Positions 39,719-51,200 are shown, counted from the stretch's first letter. The stretch: DNA of 64,000 nucleotides from an uncultured delta proteobacterium (GCA_963745025.1 CAVUWD010000006.1:64001-128000); one strand, 5' to 3'. The notes: generated by a model not told the origin, from the letters alone. A program made the numbers and translations.

Positions 39719-41500
39719 CTACGCAGCCGGAAACGTGACCCGGACGGTCGTGCCACGCCCGACCGTGCTCTCGATTGCCAGCGACCCGCCATGGGCCTGG
39801 ACGATGTGCTTGACGATCGCCAGGCCGAGGCCGGTACCGCCGAGCTCGCGCGAGCGCGCGCGGTCGACCCGGTAGAACCGCTCGGTCAACCGCGGGATAT
39901 CCTTCTCGGGAATGCCGACGCCATCGTCGCAGACCGCGAGCTCCACGAACGAGCGGCCGTTCTCGACGATGGGACGTGCCATGATGCGCACGCGACTGCC
40001 AGCGCCGCTGTACTTGATGGCGTTGTCGATCAGGTTGATCAGTACCTGTTCCAGGCGATCGCGGTCGGCGGCGAGCGCCGGCACGTCGTCGGAAATCTCC
40101 GCAAGGAGCGCAACGCCCCGCTCCTCGGCTTTCTGTCGCAGCATCTCGATCGGCGCCGCCACCGCTTCGGACACCGCCAGCGGACGGGGGCGGATCTCGG
40201 TCCGGCCGAGCTCGAGATCCGAGAGCACCAAGAGATCGTCGATCAGTCGCGCCAACCGCTCCGAATGCCGCTGGATGACGCCGACGAACTCCGACGCCCG
40301 CTCGGGATCGTTGAGCGCCCCGTGTTGCAGCGTCTCGGCGTAGCCGCGGATCGCCGTCAGCGGCGTGCGCAGCTCGTGGGAAACGTTGGCCACGAAGTCG
40401 GCACGCATGGCCTCGAAATGGCGCATCCGCGTGAGGTCGTGGAGCACCAGGATCGCGCCGTGAACCACCCCATTCTCCCCATCCTCGTCGCCCACGATGC
40501 CGACCGCGCTGGCCGACAGCACGCGGTTTCGCTCTCGTCCGGGAAACGTCAGCTCGCGCTGCACAGCCGCGCCCGACGAGCGCAGCGCCTCCTCCACGAG
40601 GGGAATCAGCTCGGGGTTTCGACTGACGAGAGACAGCTTCGCCCCGACGAGCGCACCACCCGCGGCGAGCTCCAGCTGCTCGACCGCGGCGCGGTTGCAG
40701 ACCACGATCCGGCCCTCGTCGTCGAGCATGACCACGCCGTCGACCATGCTCCGCAAGATCGCGTCGAGCTTCGCGCGCTCCGCTTCGGTGCCGGCGAGCT
40801 GCTCGCGCATTTCGCGCGCGAGCGAGACGAGGTGCCGCTCCAGGGCACCGAGCTCGTCCTGCTCCGGCGGGCTCTGCGCGTCGCCCGCACCGGATAGGAT
40901 CTCTCGGGAGAGCGTCTCGATCCGGCGGATGCGGCCGGTGACCCGCCGCGAGAACCATGTCGCCGCCATTCCTCCGAAGAGGATCACGGTGAAGAGGCCG
41001 TAGGCGAGCGTGCGCCGTACCAGGCTCTTCGTCTCCTCGAGCTCGCGCAGCGGCAGCGCGAGCCGCACGAAGCGACGCTCGGAGCCGCGGCGGTCGGCGA
41101 GCGCCACGTAGAGCATGTCGAAGCCGAGCGTGTGACTGAACCGGGTGGCGACACCCGTTCCCCGCTCGCGTGCGTCGATCACTTCCGGTCGGCCGGCATG
41201 GTTCTCGAGCGATTCGGACGATTCCTCCGACTCGCCGATGACCTGCCCGTCCTCGGCGATGACGGTCAAGCGTCCACCGAGCTCCCGCGCGTGACGCGCG
41301 CAGAGCCGGTCGAGCGCGGCTCCGTGGACATCCCACGGCAGCCCGTCGGCCGCCAGCCGTACCTCTCGCTCGAGGCGGCCGGTCAGTGATTGAACGTAGA
41401 GCCGTTGGAAGGCGCGCGACCAGTAGAGCGAGGCGACCAGGACGACCGCCAGCACGACCGCGAACACCGGCGCGAGGAGCTGGATCGAGAGCCGGCGCAC
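39719..41500 (-). CDS. phoR: Phosphate regulon sensor histidine kinase
   Basis: LENHAGRPEV sensor region, HAMP, PAS, FVANVSHELRTPLT and ERFYRVDRARSRELGGTGLGL. Confidence 0.93.
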   Translation of the reverse strand: MRRLSIQLLAPVFAVVLAVVLVASLYWSRAFQRLYVQSLTGRLEREVRLAADGLPWDVHGAALDRLCARHARELGGRLTVIAEDGQVIGESEESSESLENHAGRPEVIDARERGTGVATRFSHTLGFDMLYVALADRRGSERRFVRLALPLRELEETKSLVRRTLAYGLFTVILFGGMAATWFSRRVTGRIRRIETLSREILSGAGDAQSPPEQDELGALERHLVSLAREMREQLAGTEAERAKLDAILRSMVDGVVMLDDEGRIVVCNRAAVEQLELAAGGALVGAKLSLVSRNPELIPLVEEALRSSGAAVQRELTFPGRERNRVLSASAVGIVGDEDGENGVVHGAILVLHDLTRMRHFEAMRADFVANVSHELRTPLTAIRGYAETLQHGALNDPERASEFVGVIQRHSERLARLIDDLLVLSDLELGRTEIRPRPLAVSEAVAAPIEMLRQKAEERGVALLAEISDDVPALAADRDRLEQVLINLIDNAIKYSGAGSRVRIMARPIVENGRSFVELAVCDDGVGIPEKDIPRLTERFYRVDRARSRELGGTGLGLAIVKHIVQAHGGSLAIESTVGRGTTVRVTFPAA

Positions 41501-41507
41501 GGGATGG

Positions 41508-42251
41508 CTACGACCGCGTCCCGGTCCTGCGCAGCGGCTTGTCGAGCGCGTCCGGCTTGAACTTGTAGCCGAAGCCGCGGACCGTGAGGATCAGCTCCGG
41601 GTTCGCGTCGTCGCGCTCGATTGCCAGGCGGAGCCTTCGCACGTGAACGTCCACGGTGCGAGGCTCCACGTGCGTATCCGTACCCCACACGAGGTCGAGA
41701 ATGTGGCCGCGAGAGAACGCTCGCTCCGGATTCTGCACGAAGAAGCGCAGCAGCTCGAACTCGCGGAGCGACAGCCGCAGCGGCTTTCCGTCGAGGGTGA
41801 CATCGTAGCCGTCGAGATCGATCCGCAGCCGTCCCCGCTCCCACAACTGGTGCGGCCGCTCGACCTCCGGACCGTACGCCCGGCGCAGCAGTGCCTTCAC
41901 GCGCGCCACGAGCTCGCGGGGACTGAAGGGCTTGGTCACGTAGTCGTCGGCGCCCATCTCGAGCCCGAGCACCTTGTCCACCTCGGTGGCGCGGGCGGTC
42001 AGCATCAGCACCGGCACCTTCGCCGTTCGCTCGTCGGAGCGGAGCACCCGACAGACCTCGAGCCCGTTCATCCCGGGCATCATCAGATCGAGGATGACGA
42101 GGTGCGGGCGATGCTTGCGGGCGAACGCGAGAGCCTGCTCTCCGTCCGCCGCGTCGAGCAGCGTGAAGCCCTCCTGCTCGAGGTTGTAGCGAACGAGGTT
42201 GCGGATGTCTGCCTCGTCCTCGACGACCAGAATCTGGCGGCTCTCGCTCAT
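41508..42251 (-). CDS. phoB: Phosphate regulon response regulator
   Basis: Receiver domain plus OmpR wHTH (PRTVDVHVRRLR), located between phoU and phoR. Confidence 0.92.
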   Translation of the reverse strand: MSESRQILVVEDEADIRNLVRYNLEQEGFTLLDAADGEQALAFARKHRPHLVILDLMMPGMNGLEVCRVLRSDERTAKVPVLMLTARATEVDKVLGLEMGADDYVTKPFSPRELVARVKALLRRAYGPEVERPHQLWERGRLRIDLDGYDVTLDGKPLRLSLREFELLRFFVQNPERAFSRGHILDLVWGTDTHVEPRTVDVHVRRLRLAIERDDANPELILTVRGFGYKFKPDALDKPLRRTGTRS

Positions 42252-42943
42252 TCGAGATCGGAGTCTTCCCCGGGAAGCGACGTGGAGTGACGGATCATCC
42301 TGCCGTCGACCATGAACACCACCATCTCGGCGATGTTCGTGGCGTGGTCGGCGATCCGCTCGAGGTACTTCGAGATCAGCAGGATTTTGGTCGCCCGAGA
42401 GATCGTCTTCGGATCCTCCGCCATGTACGACAAGAGCTCGCGATACACCTGATGCGCGAGCGCGTCGACGACATCGTCCTGATCGATCACCTGCACCGCC
42501 CGCTCGGTATCACGCTGCACGAAGGAATCGAGGCTCGTCCTCACCATCGCCTGCGCCTCCTTCGCCATGCGCGGGATGTCGATGTAGGGCTTGAGGGTCG
42601 GCTCCTCGTTGAGCTCGATGGCCCGCTGGCAGACGTTCACCGCCATGTCGCCGATGCGCTCGAGATCCGTGTTGATCTTGAGCGCGGTGGTCACCAAGCG
42701 CAGGTCTCCGGCGGCCGGCTGATGGAGAGCGATCACCTTCAAGCACTCCTCGTCGATCAGGAGGTCGAGCTGATTGACCTCGCGATCGCGCTCGATCACG
42801 TCGCGGGCGAGGTCGGAATCGCGCTCGACGAGCGATTCGATCGCGCGCGCGATTTGCTGCTCGACGAGCCCGCCCATGCGCAGCAGCAGCTGCTGGAGCG
42901 TCTGAAGCTCGCCCTCGAAGTGTCGATCGGTATGGAGGGTCAT
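42248..42943 (-). CDS. phoU: Phosphate signalling complex protein PhoU
   Basis: QPAAGDLR, DLERIGD and YLERIADHATNIAE. Confidence 0.96.
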   Translation of the reverse strand: MTLHTDRHFEGELQTLQQLLLRMGGLVEQQIARAIESLVERDSDLARDVIERDREVNQLDLLIDEECLKVIALHQPAAGDLRLVTTALKINTDLERIGDMAVNVCQRAIELNEEPTLKPYIDIPRMAKEAQAMVRTSLDSFVQRDTERAVQVIDQDDVVDALAHQVYRELLSYMAEDPKTISRATKILLISKYLERIADHATNIAEMVVFMVDGRMIRHSTSLPGEDSDLE

Positions 42944-42959
42944 GGTCGTCTCCTCCCGG

Positions 42960-43820
42960 TCATCCGAACCGACCCGTGACGTAGTCCTCGGTCTCCCGCT
43001 TCTCGGGCGCCGTGAAGATCTTCTCGGTCGGCCCGACCTCGACGAGCCTGCCCAGATAGAGGAACGCGGTGCGATCGGAGACCCGTGCCGCCTGCTGCAT
43101 GTTGTGGGTCACGATGACGATAGTGTAGCGCTCGGAAAGTTCGTGGATCAAAGACTCGACCTTCGTCGTGGCGACCGGGTCGAGCGCGGAGCAGGGTTCG
43201 TCCATGAGGATCACCTCGGGCTCGACGGCGATGGCGCGGGCGATGCACAGCCGCTGTTGTTGTCCCCCGGAGAGCGACAGCGCGCTCTCGTGCAAACGGT
43301 CCTTCACTTCCTCCCAGAGCGCGGCCCCGCGGAGGCTCTTCTCGACCGCGGCGTCGAGCACGTCCTTCCTCCGCGTTCCCGCGATCCGCAGGCCGTACGC
43401 GACGTTCTCGTAGATCGATTTCGGGAAGGGGTTCGACTTCTGGAAGACCATGCCGACACGCTGGCGGAGCGCGACCACGTCCGTGCTCCGGTCGTAGACG
43501 TTGGTGCCGTAGAGGAGGATCTGGCCGCGGATGTCGACGTCGTCGATCAGGTCGTTCATGCGATTCAGACAGCGAAGCAGCGTCGACTTCCCGCACCCCG
43601 AGGGGCCGATGAAGGCCGTCACTCGCCGCTCCGGGATCTCGAGATCGATGTCCTGAAGAGCGACCTTCTCTCCGTAGCGCAGCACCAGATTGCGGATCTC
43701 GATGATCGGGCGCGGCGTTGCTTGGACCGACGGTGCCTCGCCTCCCGAGCCGACCCCGGCAAGCGGACCCGCCGGCTCCAGTTGGACGTTCAAGTTTCGC
43801 TCGGTCACCGTGGTCTCCAT
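42960..43820 (-). CDS. pstB: Phosphate ABC transporter ATPase
   Basis: [32 protein letters not shown] and DYVTGRFG. An alternative start is at 43862. Confidence 0.96.
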   Translation of the reverse strand: METTVTERNLNVQLEPAGPLAGVGSGGEAPSVQATPRPIIEIRNLVLRYGEKVALQDIDLEIPERRVTAFIGPSGCGKSTLLRCLNRMNDLIDDVDIRGQILLYGTNVYDRSTDVVALRQRVGMVFQKSNPFPKSIYENVAYGLRIAGTRRKDVLDAAVEKSLRGAALWEEVKDRLHESALSLSGGQQQRLCIARAIAVEPEVILMDEPCSALDPVATTKVESLIHELSERYTIVIVTHNMQQAARVSDRTAFLYLGRLVEVGPTEKIFTAPEKRETEDYVTGRFG

Positions 43821-43858
43821 GGCCGGTCCTTCCGCACGAGGGCGCACTCCGGGAATCT

Positions 43859-45478
43859 TCATAGCGCTGCGAGCTGGAACCGCTTTCTCAGCCGGTTCCG
43901 GATGGTGATCGCGGCCAAGTTGAGCAGCAGCACGATCGCCAGTAGCAGGACCGTCGTCATGTAGACCATCGGTCGCGCCGCATCGACGTTCGGCGACTGG
44001 AAGCCGACGTCGTAAATGTGGAAGCCGAGATGCATGAACTTGCGCTCGAGATGGAAGAACGGGAAGAATCCGTCGAGCGGCAGCGCGGGCGCAAGCTTGA
44101 CGACTCCGGTGATCATCAGGGGGGCCACTTCGCCGGCGGCGCGCGCCATCGCCAGGATGAGACCGGTGAGGATCGAAGGCAAGACCGCCGGAAGAACGAC
44201 GCGCCACGTGGTCTCGAACTTCGTCGCGGCGAGCGCGATCGAAGCCTCGCGGACGCCGCGGGGCACGGCGGCGAGCCCTTCTTCGGTGGCCACGATCACC
44301 ACCGGAACGGTGAGGAGCGCTAAGGTTAGAGATGCCCACAAGATGCCGCCCGTCCCGAACGTCGGCGTGGGCAACGCCTCGGCAAAGAACCACCGATCGA
44401 TGGTTCCTCCGATCGTGTAGATGAAGAAGCCGACGCCGAACACGCCGAACACGATCGACGGCACCCCCGCGAGGTTGTTCACGGCGATCCTCACGGCGCT
44501 GACGAACGGTCCCTGTCGAGCGTACTCGCGGAGATAGAGCGCGGCAACCACGCCGAGCGGAGTCACCAGCACGCTCATGATGAGCACCATCATCACGGTG
44601 CCGAAGATCGCCGGAAACACACCCCCCTCGGTATTCGATTCGCGCGGGTCGGTCGACACGAACTCCCACATCTTGGCGAGATAGAAGCCGGTCTTCTCCA
44701 GCGTCCCCATGCGGTTCGGCCGATAGGCGCGCACGAGCTTGTCGAACGGGATCTCGAGCGTGCGCCCGTCCCCCGTCATCGCAACGAGCGTCGTTTTCTC
44801 CGTCTGACGGAGCTGCTCGAGCCGCTTCAGGCTCGCGCCATATTGCTCGTAGAGCGCCGCGATGCGGTCGGCGATCTCGTCGACTTCCGGCCCGCTCGTG
44901 ACGCCGCGGAGCTCGAGACGGCGACGCTCGAGGCGAGCGCGCTCTTGAGCGTAATTGTTTGCTCCGATCTCCTGCTTCTCGATCGAGCGGATCTCCTCGT
45001 GAATCCGCTGCACTTCCGGCAGGCGGGCTTCGAGCGCTCGCCACGCGGCCTCGGGCCCGGTCGCCACCGTGCGCGCACCGTGGCGCACCGCCGAGATCGT
45101 CCCGAAGAAGTTCCCCCACTCGCGGCGCTCGAGCGCCACGAGGTCGTCGGGGCGTTCGCGCCGCACGATGTTTGAATCGTCGATCCAGACGAAATCCGAG
45201 CCGAAGACGTCGCGATCTCCGCGCTTTACCTGGATGCGGTAGCGAACCGGCGTTTCCAGGGAGGCTCCGGGGTTCGGAATCGCCTCTCGCGCGCTCACCT
45301 CACCAACGACGATGCTGCCGCCGTCGAGAGTGAAGCGCTCGAGATCGCGCGGCCAAAAGAATCCGAGGCCGTTGACGAGGATGAGGAGCACCAGCCCTGC
45401 CACCATCAGCAAGCTGAGGGCCAGCATCGCCCCGGCGAGCCACACGAAGGGATCACCGCTTCGCCAGAATGCCTTCAT
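43859..45478 (-). CDS. pstA: Phosphate ABC transporter permease PstA (long form)
   Basis: [29 protein letters not shown] and [10 protein letters not shown], with a periplasmic coiled-coil insert. Confidence 0.95.
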   Translation of the reverse strand: MKAFWRSGDPFVWLAGAMLALSLLMVAGLVLLILVNGLGFFWPRDLERFTLDGGSIVVGEVSAREAIPNPGASLETPVRYRIQVKRGDRDVFGSDFVWIDDSNIVRRERPDDLVALERREWGNFFGTISAVRHGARTVATGPEAAWRALEARLPEVQRIHEEIRSIEKQEIGANNYAQERARLERRRLELRGVTSGPEVDEIADRIAALYEQYGASLKRLEQLRQTEKTTLVAMTGDGRTLEIPFDKLVRAYRPNRMGTLEKTGFYLAKMWEFVSTDPRESNTEGGVFPAIFGTVMMVLIMSVLVTPLGVVAALYLREYARQGPFVSAVRIAVNNLAGVPSIVFGVFGVGFFIYTIGGTIDRWFFAEALPTPTFGTGGILWASLTLALLTVPVVIVATEEGLAAVPRGVREASIALAATKFETTWRVVLPAVLPSILTGLILAMARAAGEVAPLMITGVVKLAPALPLDGFFPFFHLERKFMHLGFHIYDVGFQSPNVDAARPMVYMTTVLLLAIVLLLNLAAITIRNRLRKRFQLAAL

Positions 45479-47742
45479 AGAGTCCGGTACTTCTGGCGGA
45501 GCCGCAGGCGGATGAGCTCCGCCGCGGTGTTCAACAGGAACGTCAGCGCGAACAGCAAGAGCGCCGCGACGAACAGCACGCGGAACAGCGTCCCGCCATC
45601 CGGTGCTTCGGGAAGCTCGACGGCGACGTTTGCAGAGAGAGCGCGAAAGCCGTTGAAGGGCGACCAGTTCATGATCGGTGTGTTGCCGGTCGCCATCAGC
45701 ACGATCATGGTCTCGCCCACCGCGCGGCCGAACCCGATCATGACGGCCGAGAAGATCCCCGGGCTCGCGCTCGGTAGTACGACACGCACGGCCGTTTGCC
45801 ACGGGGTCGCGCCGAGCGCCAGCGAGCCCGCCGTGAGGTGCGGGGGTACGTTGGCAAGCGAGTCCTCCGCGATCGTGAAGATCACCGGGATCACGGCGAA
45901 CCCCATCGCCAGGCCGACGACGATCGAGTTTCGCTGATCGTACGTCACGCCGAGCGCAGACATGAGCCAGCTTCGGTAATCGCCGCCGAGCAGCGTCGCC
46001 TCGATCCACCGCCCGCAGCCGAACGACAGCCAGAGCCCCGCGATCACTACCGGCATCAGAACGAACACCTCGGTCCCGGGCCGCAGCCGCAGGCGCCACT
46101 CGCCGGGGAGGGTCCGCCAGCCGCCCAGGACGGCGAGCACGAGCGCCGAGGTGATCAAGGGGGAAAGGATCAGTCCCGGCACCACCCGCTCGATGTTTGG
46201 CGCCAGCCACAGGCCCGCCATGAAGCCGAGAACCACGCTCGGCAGCGCCGCCATGACCTCGACCGTCGGCTTGACGATCGCCTTCAGGCGCGGGTGCATG
46301 AACTGCGAAGCGTAGAGGGCACTCGCGAGCGCGATCGGCACGGCGACGAGCATCGCGTAGACCGTACCCTTCAGCGTGCCGAAGAGCAGTGGGATGAGCG
46401 AAAGCTTGGGCTCGAAGTCGTCGGTGCCGCCGGTCGATTGCCAGACGTAGTCCGGCCGGTCGTACCCCTCGTACCAGAGCTTGCCGAAGAGGGCCCGCAG
46501 GCTCACCTCGGGATGAAGGCAATCGACGTCCCAGCGAAGCAGCCGCCCCGCTCGATCGCCCGCGATCAGGCCGTTCGACTTGGGGGCGAAGGAGAGGGCG
46601 GTCGCGCCGGCGTCGCCGGCGCGAAGCTCGAGCAGCGTTTTTCCCGTCGTGCCGTAGTCGAAGCGAAGCGCTCCGCTCCGATCACCGGTCCAGAAACCCT
46701 TGTGTCGGCGCGAGGCTGAGAACGTCGCGACGGGGGTGGCATACGACGGGAAGTCGTGGATGCGGGTGAGCTCGGGCTCGCCTTCGGCGCCGCGCAGGAG
46801 CTGCCAGGTCGCGACTCCGCCTGCCTCGTCTCCGACGACGAACGTGCGATCGCCGATCAAGAAGCCGAGCACGGTGATCCCCGCGCCCGCTCGGCTGGAC
46901 GCCGATTTCGGCATCGTGAGGCGGACCTCGCGTCCGCGTAACTCCGCGCGTACGAGCTCACCTTTGGTGGTGCCGACGAAGAGGTTGTCGCCACGGCTAT
47001 CAGTCGCGAGAGCGGAAACACCGCCTTCCGTGGCGAGGTCGATCGTGCTCCGCGACGCCTGGCGCGTCGTCTCGCCGAGCAGCGAGGTTTCCTCGGTGGA
47101 GCGGACGACGACGATCTGCTTCGCATCGACGGAAGCCGCAGTCACCGAAGCGCCCTCGCGCGCGGCGTGCGCGAGCACCCGAATCGCACGGCCGCCCGCA
47201 TCGATCTCGACCGGCTCGAGCGGCCGCACCTCGCCCTCGACACGGCGGGCGCCGCCGTCTCCTCGAGAATGGAATCCGATCTCGAGCGGCAGCACTCTTC
47301 CGTCGGAAAGCCCGAGCGCCAGCGAGCGTCCGCCGAGGCTCGACACCGCGGTGACTTTCGCGGCTCCGAGCCCCGGCAGGTCGGCGGTCCCTGCGTTCGA
47401 ACCGTCCGTGAGCGACACGAAGCGCATGCCCGCTTCGGTCACCACGGCAGCCGCCGCTTGATACTCGTCGGTCTCGATGGCGAGCACGCGGCCGTCGAGT
47501 GCGGGTTTCACCGCGGCGAGAGGAACGGCCGTCGCCGATCGAAGCAACGGATAGATCTCGCCGACGAGTACCAGCAGGATGGCCAGAATCGACCCGATGA
47601 TGACGACGCCGCCCAGAGTCACGACGTAGCGCGCCGCGCGATCGAGGAACGTGCGCCGAGCGAAGCGGGTCGAGAAGACACGCAGCGCTGGAGCCGTGCG
47701 CTCCGGCCCCACCGCCGAGATCACTTTCGTGTCAGGGGCCAT
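45475..47742 (-). CDS. pstC: Phosphate ABC transporter permease PstC (long form with beta-rich periplasmic domain)
   Basis: WYEGY..PDYVWQSTGG, MAALPSVVLG and GRAVGETMIVLMATGN. Confidence 0.94.
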   Translation of the reverse strand: MAPDTKVISAVGPERTAPALRVFSTRFARRTFLDRAARYVVTLGGVVIIGSILAILLVLVGEIYPLLRSATAVPLAAVKPALDGRVLAIETDEYQAAAAVVTEAGMRFVSLTDGSNAGTADLPGLGAAKVTAVSSLGGRSLALGLSDGRVLPLEIGFHSRGDGGARRVEGEVRPLEPVEIDAGGRAIRVLAHAAREGASVTAASVDAKQIVVVRSTEETSLLGETTRQASRSTIDLATEGGVSALATDSRGDNLFVGTTKGELVRAELRGREVRLTMPKSASSRAGAGITVLGFLIGDRTFVVGDEAGGVATWQLLRGAEGEPELTRIHDFPSYATPVATFSASRRHKGFWTGDRSGALRFDYGTTGKTLLELRAGDAGATALSFAPKSNGLIAGDRAGRLLRWDVDCLHPEVSLRALFGKLWYEGYDRPDYVWQSTGGTDDFEPKLSLIPLLFGTLKGTVYAMLVAVPIALASALYASQFMHPRLKAIVKPTVEVMAALPSVVLGFMAGLWLAPNIERVVPGLILSPLITSALVLAVLGGWRTLPGEWRLRLRPGTEVFVLMPVVIAGLWLSFGCGRWIEATLLGGDYRSWLMSALGVTYDQRNSIVVGLAMGFAVIPVIFTIAEDSLANVPPHLTAGSLALGATPWQTAVRVVLPSASPGIFSAVMIGFGRAVGETMIVLMATGNTPIMNWSPFNGFRALSANVAVELPEAPDGGTLFRVLFVAALLLFALTFLLNTAAELIRLRLRQKYRTL

Positions 47743-47767
47743 GGGCTTGCGTCCCGCCCCCGCGGCG

Positions 47768-48752
47768 CTAGTCGACCTTCTTCAGGTCGTCCTCGAGAAC
47801 CACGAGCGGCAACGGGAAATAGCCATCCTTCAGCACTTCCTCCTGCCCGTCCTTGGAGAGCACCATCTTCAGGAACTCGCGCGTGAGCGGCTCCAGGGGC
47901 TTGCCGGTCGGCTTGTTGACATAGATGTATAGGAAACGCGCGATCGGGTATTTCCCGGAATACGCGTTCTCCGCGCTCGCTTCGACGCAGCTGCCGCCCT
48001 GCTCCTTCGACAACCTTGACGGCACGCACTCCCGGCGTCACGTAGCCGATGCCGCTGTAGCCGATGCCGTAGCGGTCCACGGTGACGCCTTGCACGACCG
48101 ACGCCGACCCTGGCTGCTCTTTCACTTCGTCCTTGTAGTCGCCGTTCCCGAGCACGTGCTCCTTGAAGAATCCGTACGTGCCCGAGGCGGAGTTGCGGCC
48201 GTAGAGACTGATCGGCCTGTCGGCCCAGTCGCCCTTGAGGCCGACCTGGCCCCAGGTCTTGATGTCTTCCTTGTAGCCCGAGCGACGCGACTTCGAGAAG
48301 ATCGCATCGATCTGGGGGAAGCTCAGGCATTCGATCGGGTTGTCCTTGTTGACGAACACCGCAAGCGAATCGACGGCGACCCGTACGGCGGTCGGCTTGT
48401 AGCCGAACTTCTTCTCGAAGTCGTCGATTTCCGTGTTCTTCATCGCGCGCGACATCGGGCCGAGCTGCGACGTGCCCGTGATCAGCGCCGGAGGCGCCGT
48501 GCTCGAGCCCTTGCCTTCGACCTGGATCTTGACGTTCGGGTAGAACTTGTTGAACTTCTCGCTCCAGAACGTCATCAGGTTGTTCAGCGTGTCCGAGCCG
48601 ACGCTCGACAGGCTCCCCGAGACGCCCCCGACCGTCTTGTACGGCTCGAGCTTGGGATCGACCAAGGCCGGGGCGGCCCACGCACGCGACACCAGGCCGA
48701 CGGCCATCAGAACCGCCGCCAGCCAGAGATTTCGTTGGCTCTTTCTTCCCAT
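47768..48752 (-). CDS. pstS: Phosphate-binding protein PstS; 1-bp frameshift near 48014 (probable sequencing error)
   Basis: SVGSDTLNNL, GSSTAPPAL and GRNSASGTYGFF. The C-terminus GKYPIARFLYIY is in a second frame. Confidence 0.93.
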
Positions 48753-48786
48753 TCGTCTCTCCTCCTCTCAAACCTACATTGCGTTT

Positions 48787-48813
48787 GTTACGAGAATGTT
48801 AACTTTCGGTGAC
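48787..48813 (-). promoter_or_regulatory. Pho-box-like 11-bp tandem repeats upstream of pstS
   Basis: Minus strand GTCAC-N6-TTAAC-N6-GTAAC. Confidence 0.7.
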
Positions 48814-48839
48814 GGTTCATCCGGGATCCACACGTCTGG

Positions 48840-50232
48840 TTAAAACTTGGTGAGCACATCCACCTGCCAGCGATAATCCTGATTCGAGTTACGGCCCGGC
48901 ACGTTGTCGACCGGCTTGTCGATCCAGACAGTGGACAAAAGCGATAGGTACTTCGTCAGCACGTAACCCGTCTGGAGGATATGAGCCTTGGTATTGGTGC
49001 CCCCGTTGCGGCCGAAGTCGCTGTCGGAAAAGGCTGAGACCACCGCGTCGGTCTCCAGGTATTCGTAGGCGTAGGTGAAGAAAAAGTCTCCAGCGTCCTT
49101 GTAGTTGCCGATCGTGATGCCGCCCTGGGCGCCCATATCGTTGTTGCTGGCTTCGGTATTCTCGACGAAGTCACCGAACACGCGCAGCGGGAACCTAAGG
49201 TCAAAAAGGCATATCGGGATCAGCACGTCCGTACCGACGTTCAGGTCGTTGAACGCGGTGTTGAACTTGGTGATCGTGATCGGTTTGCCGGGAATCGTCG
49301 CGCCGGTCACGGGGTCCACCGTCGGCGCCGTCGTACCGTTCTTGTTCGGCCCCGCCTTCGACGGGTCGACCGGCAGCCCGCCGACCACCTCGCCGTCCGA
49401 CAGCGTCACGAAGTTGGTGATGCTGAGCGAGCTGTTGCTGTTGCGCGCCACTGCGATCGAGCTCGGGTCGTTATAGTGGTAGTCGGCCACGCCGACGGTC
49501 CAGAGCGCACCGCCCAGAGCCGCGGTTCCGAGGCCCTGGAAGCCGTAGATCGCCGCCTCGCCGGTGTTGCTGTTCTCCTGGAAGATCCATTGCCCGAGGT
49601 TCAATGCCAGAGTCCGCAGGAACCCTTCCTTCTCGTCGACGAGCTTCAGGCTCTCGAAGAAGCCCTTCGGGAGTGAGGTCCTTGTCAAAGACCAACATGT
49701 TCGGCGACGGTGGCACGTACATCGGCTGGTCGAACTTGCCGCCCATCAGCGTCACCCAGGGGCGCTCCAGGCCGATCGACTTGTACGGCGTGAGCTTGAT
49801 GTAGGCGTTGGCGATGTTGATGTTCTTGAAGGTGAACTCGTCGGTGAAGGTCTGATTGTTGGAGATCGGGTCGTTGGCGTTGCCGCTGGCGAGCTTGAAG
49901 CCGCTCTCGAGCTCGTCGTTCGGCTTGATCTTCGCGCCGAAGCGGAGCCGGAAGCGCTGGCGGATGCGGTCGGCAGTGCCGCTTTGGAAGAAGGACTCGT
50001 TGCGGAGCCGCACGTCCCCGAAGAGCGTCACCATCTTCACCCACTCGGGCAGCGCCGGGATCGACGAGACGGCTTTCTCGGTCGTCGCCTGCTGCTTCTC
50101 CTTCGCGGCCTTCGCCTCGTTGGCCTCGACGGCATCGATGACACCCTTTTCCTTCAGGATGTCCTCGAGATCGCGCGCCGCGGCCGTGGTCGCGAGCAGG
50201 CAGACGGTCAGCCACACCAGCCTCTTCTTCAT
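48840..50232 (-). CDS. Putative porin, copy 2; 1-bp frameshift near 49664
   Basis: Near-identical to 35936-37336 over most of its length. Removing one base restores TPEGFFESLK. Confidence 0.8.
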
Positions 50233-50343
50233 CGATCGTCTCCTCTTGTTTGGATCGTTCTCGACCGCGAGCGTTTCGACAGCCCCTAGTGTCGACCTCT
50301 CGTTCGGGCCGATCCGTTTGGTGGCCGACTACACCAGAGGCCG

Positions 50344-50483
50344 GTTACAACCGGAGTGCGAGAACGTGAACGTTTGATGAATATGGCTGTCCGAGAATGA
50401 ACGCGGAATTTCGGGCACCTGGAGAGCTCACGCACCTGCCCGGATTTCACCGTGAATTCACGATGCGGTGAGCCTCCCGTAAC
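50344..50483. promoter_or_regulatory. Divergent pair of Pho-box-like arrays
   Basis: Minus strand TTCAT-N6-TTCAC-N17-GTAAC (50344-50381) toward porin/pst. Plus strand TTCAC-N6-TTCAC-N17-GTAAC (50446-50483) toward the receiver gene. Confidence 0.65.
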
Positions 50484-50506
50484 GCCGATGTGCGAACACA
50501 TTGTTC

Positions 50507-51004
50507 ATGAGACTTGAGACGCGCTCGGTGGAATGGCGGGGCGGGAGGCCGGCGTGGGTGACCGAGTCGGACGACGACGCCTGCCCGATCTGCAATCGCA
50601 GCCATCGTGCCGCCGACCGGAGCGTCCCGTCGCGGATTCTCGTCGCCGAGGACGATCCGTCGATCGCCAACCTGATTGCCTACAACCTAAACCAAGATGG
50701 GCATCTCCTCACGGTCGTCGCGGACGGCACTGCGGCGCTGCGGGCGCTCCGCGAGTCGCCGGCGGATCTGCTGATCCTCGATCTCCTGCTGCCGCTGCAG
50801 AGCGGCTGGCAGGTGCTGCGCGAGCTACGCTCGCGGCGCGAGCCGCGGTTCGCCGCGCTGCCGGTGCTCGTGGTGAGCGCCCTCGCGTGCGAGCGGCTGG
50901 AGCGCGAACTCGAGCGGAGCGGTGCGCAACGCGTGCTCGGCAAGCCGTTCTCCGTAGCGGGGCTCCGCGAGAGCGTGCGTGACCTGTTGGAAGGCGTTTC
51001 ATGA
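50507..51004 (+). CDS. Single-domain response regulator receiver with N-terminal CxxC extension
   Basis: ILVAEDD, LLILDLLLP and GKPF, preceded by DDDACPICNRSH. Confidence 0.8.
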   Translation: MRLETRSVEWRGGRPAWVTESDDDACPICNRSHRAADRSVPSRILVAEDDPSIANLIAYNLNQDGHLLTVVADGTAALRALRESPADLLILDLLLPLQSGWQVLRELRSRREPRFAALPVLVVSALACERLERELERSGAQRVLGKPFSVAGLRESVRDLLEGVS

Positions 51005-51173
51005 GAGCGTGATCATCCGCTCATGCGTACGTAACCGCCGCAGAGTAGAAGATTCCCGGCGAGGCGATCCGCGAAATCGTCTCGTGAAAAGCGAGAGAGC
51101 CGCCCATCATCCCCGGCTCTCCTCCCGGGGGGCGGCCGGCAATGGCCGTCCCCCCACCCACCCAGCCGCGGAA

Positions 51174-51200
51174 TTCACCTCGATTTCACCCGATGCTCAT
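51174..51200 (+). promoter_or_regulatory. Pho-box-like repeats
   Basis: TTCAC-N6-TTCAC-N6-CTCAT. Confidence 0.65.

Noticed and set aside
43859-47742. Unusually long PstC and PstA
   Set aside because: Long forms with periplasmic inserts are known from Pseudomonas/Vibrio-type Pst systems.
47768-48752. Programmed frameshift or phase variation in pstS and porin 2
   Set aside because: Each is a single extra base in a 2-3 nt run, with no slippery site or long tract. Similar indels throughout the window point to sequencing error.
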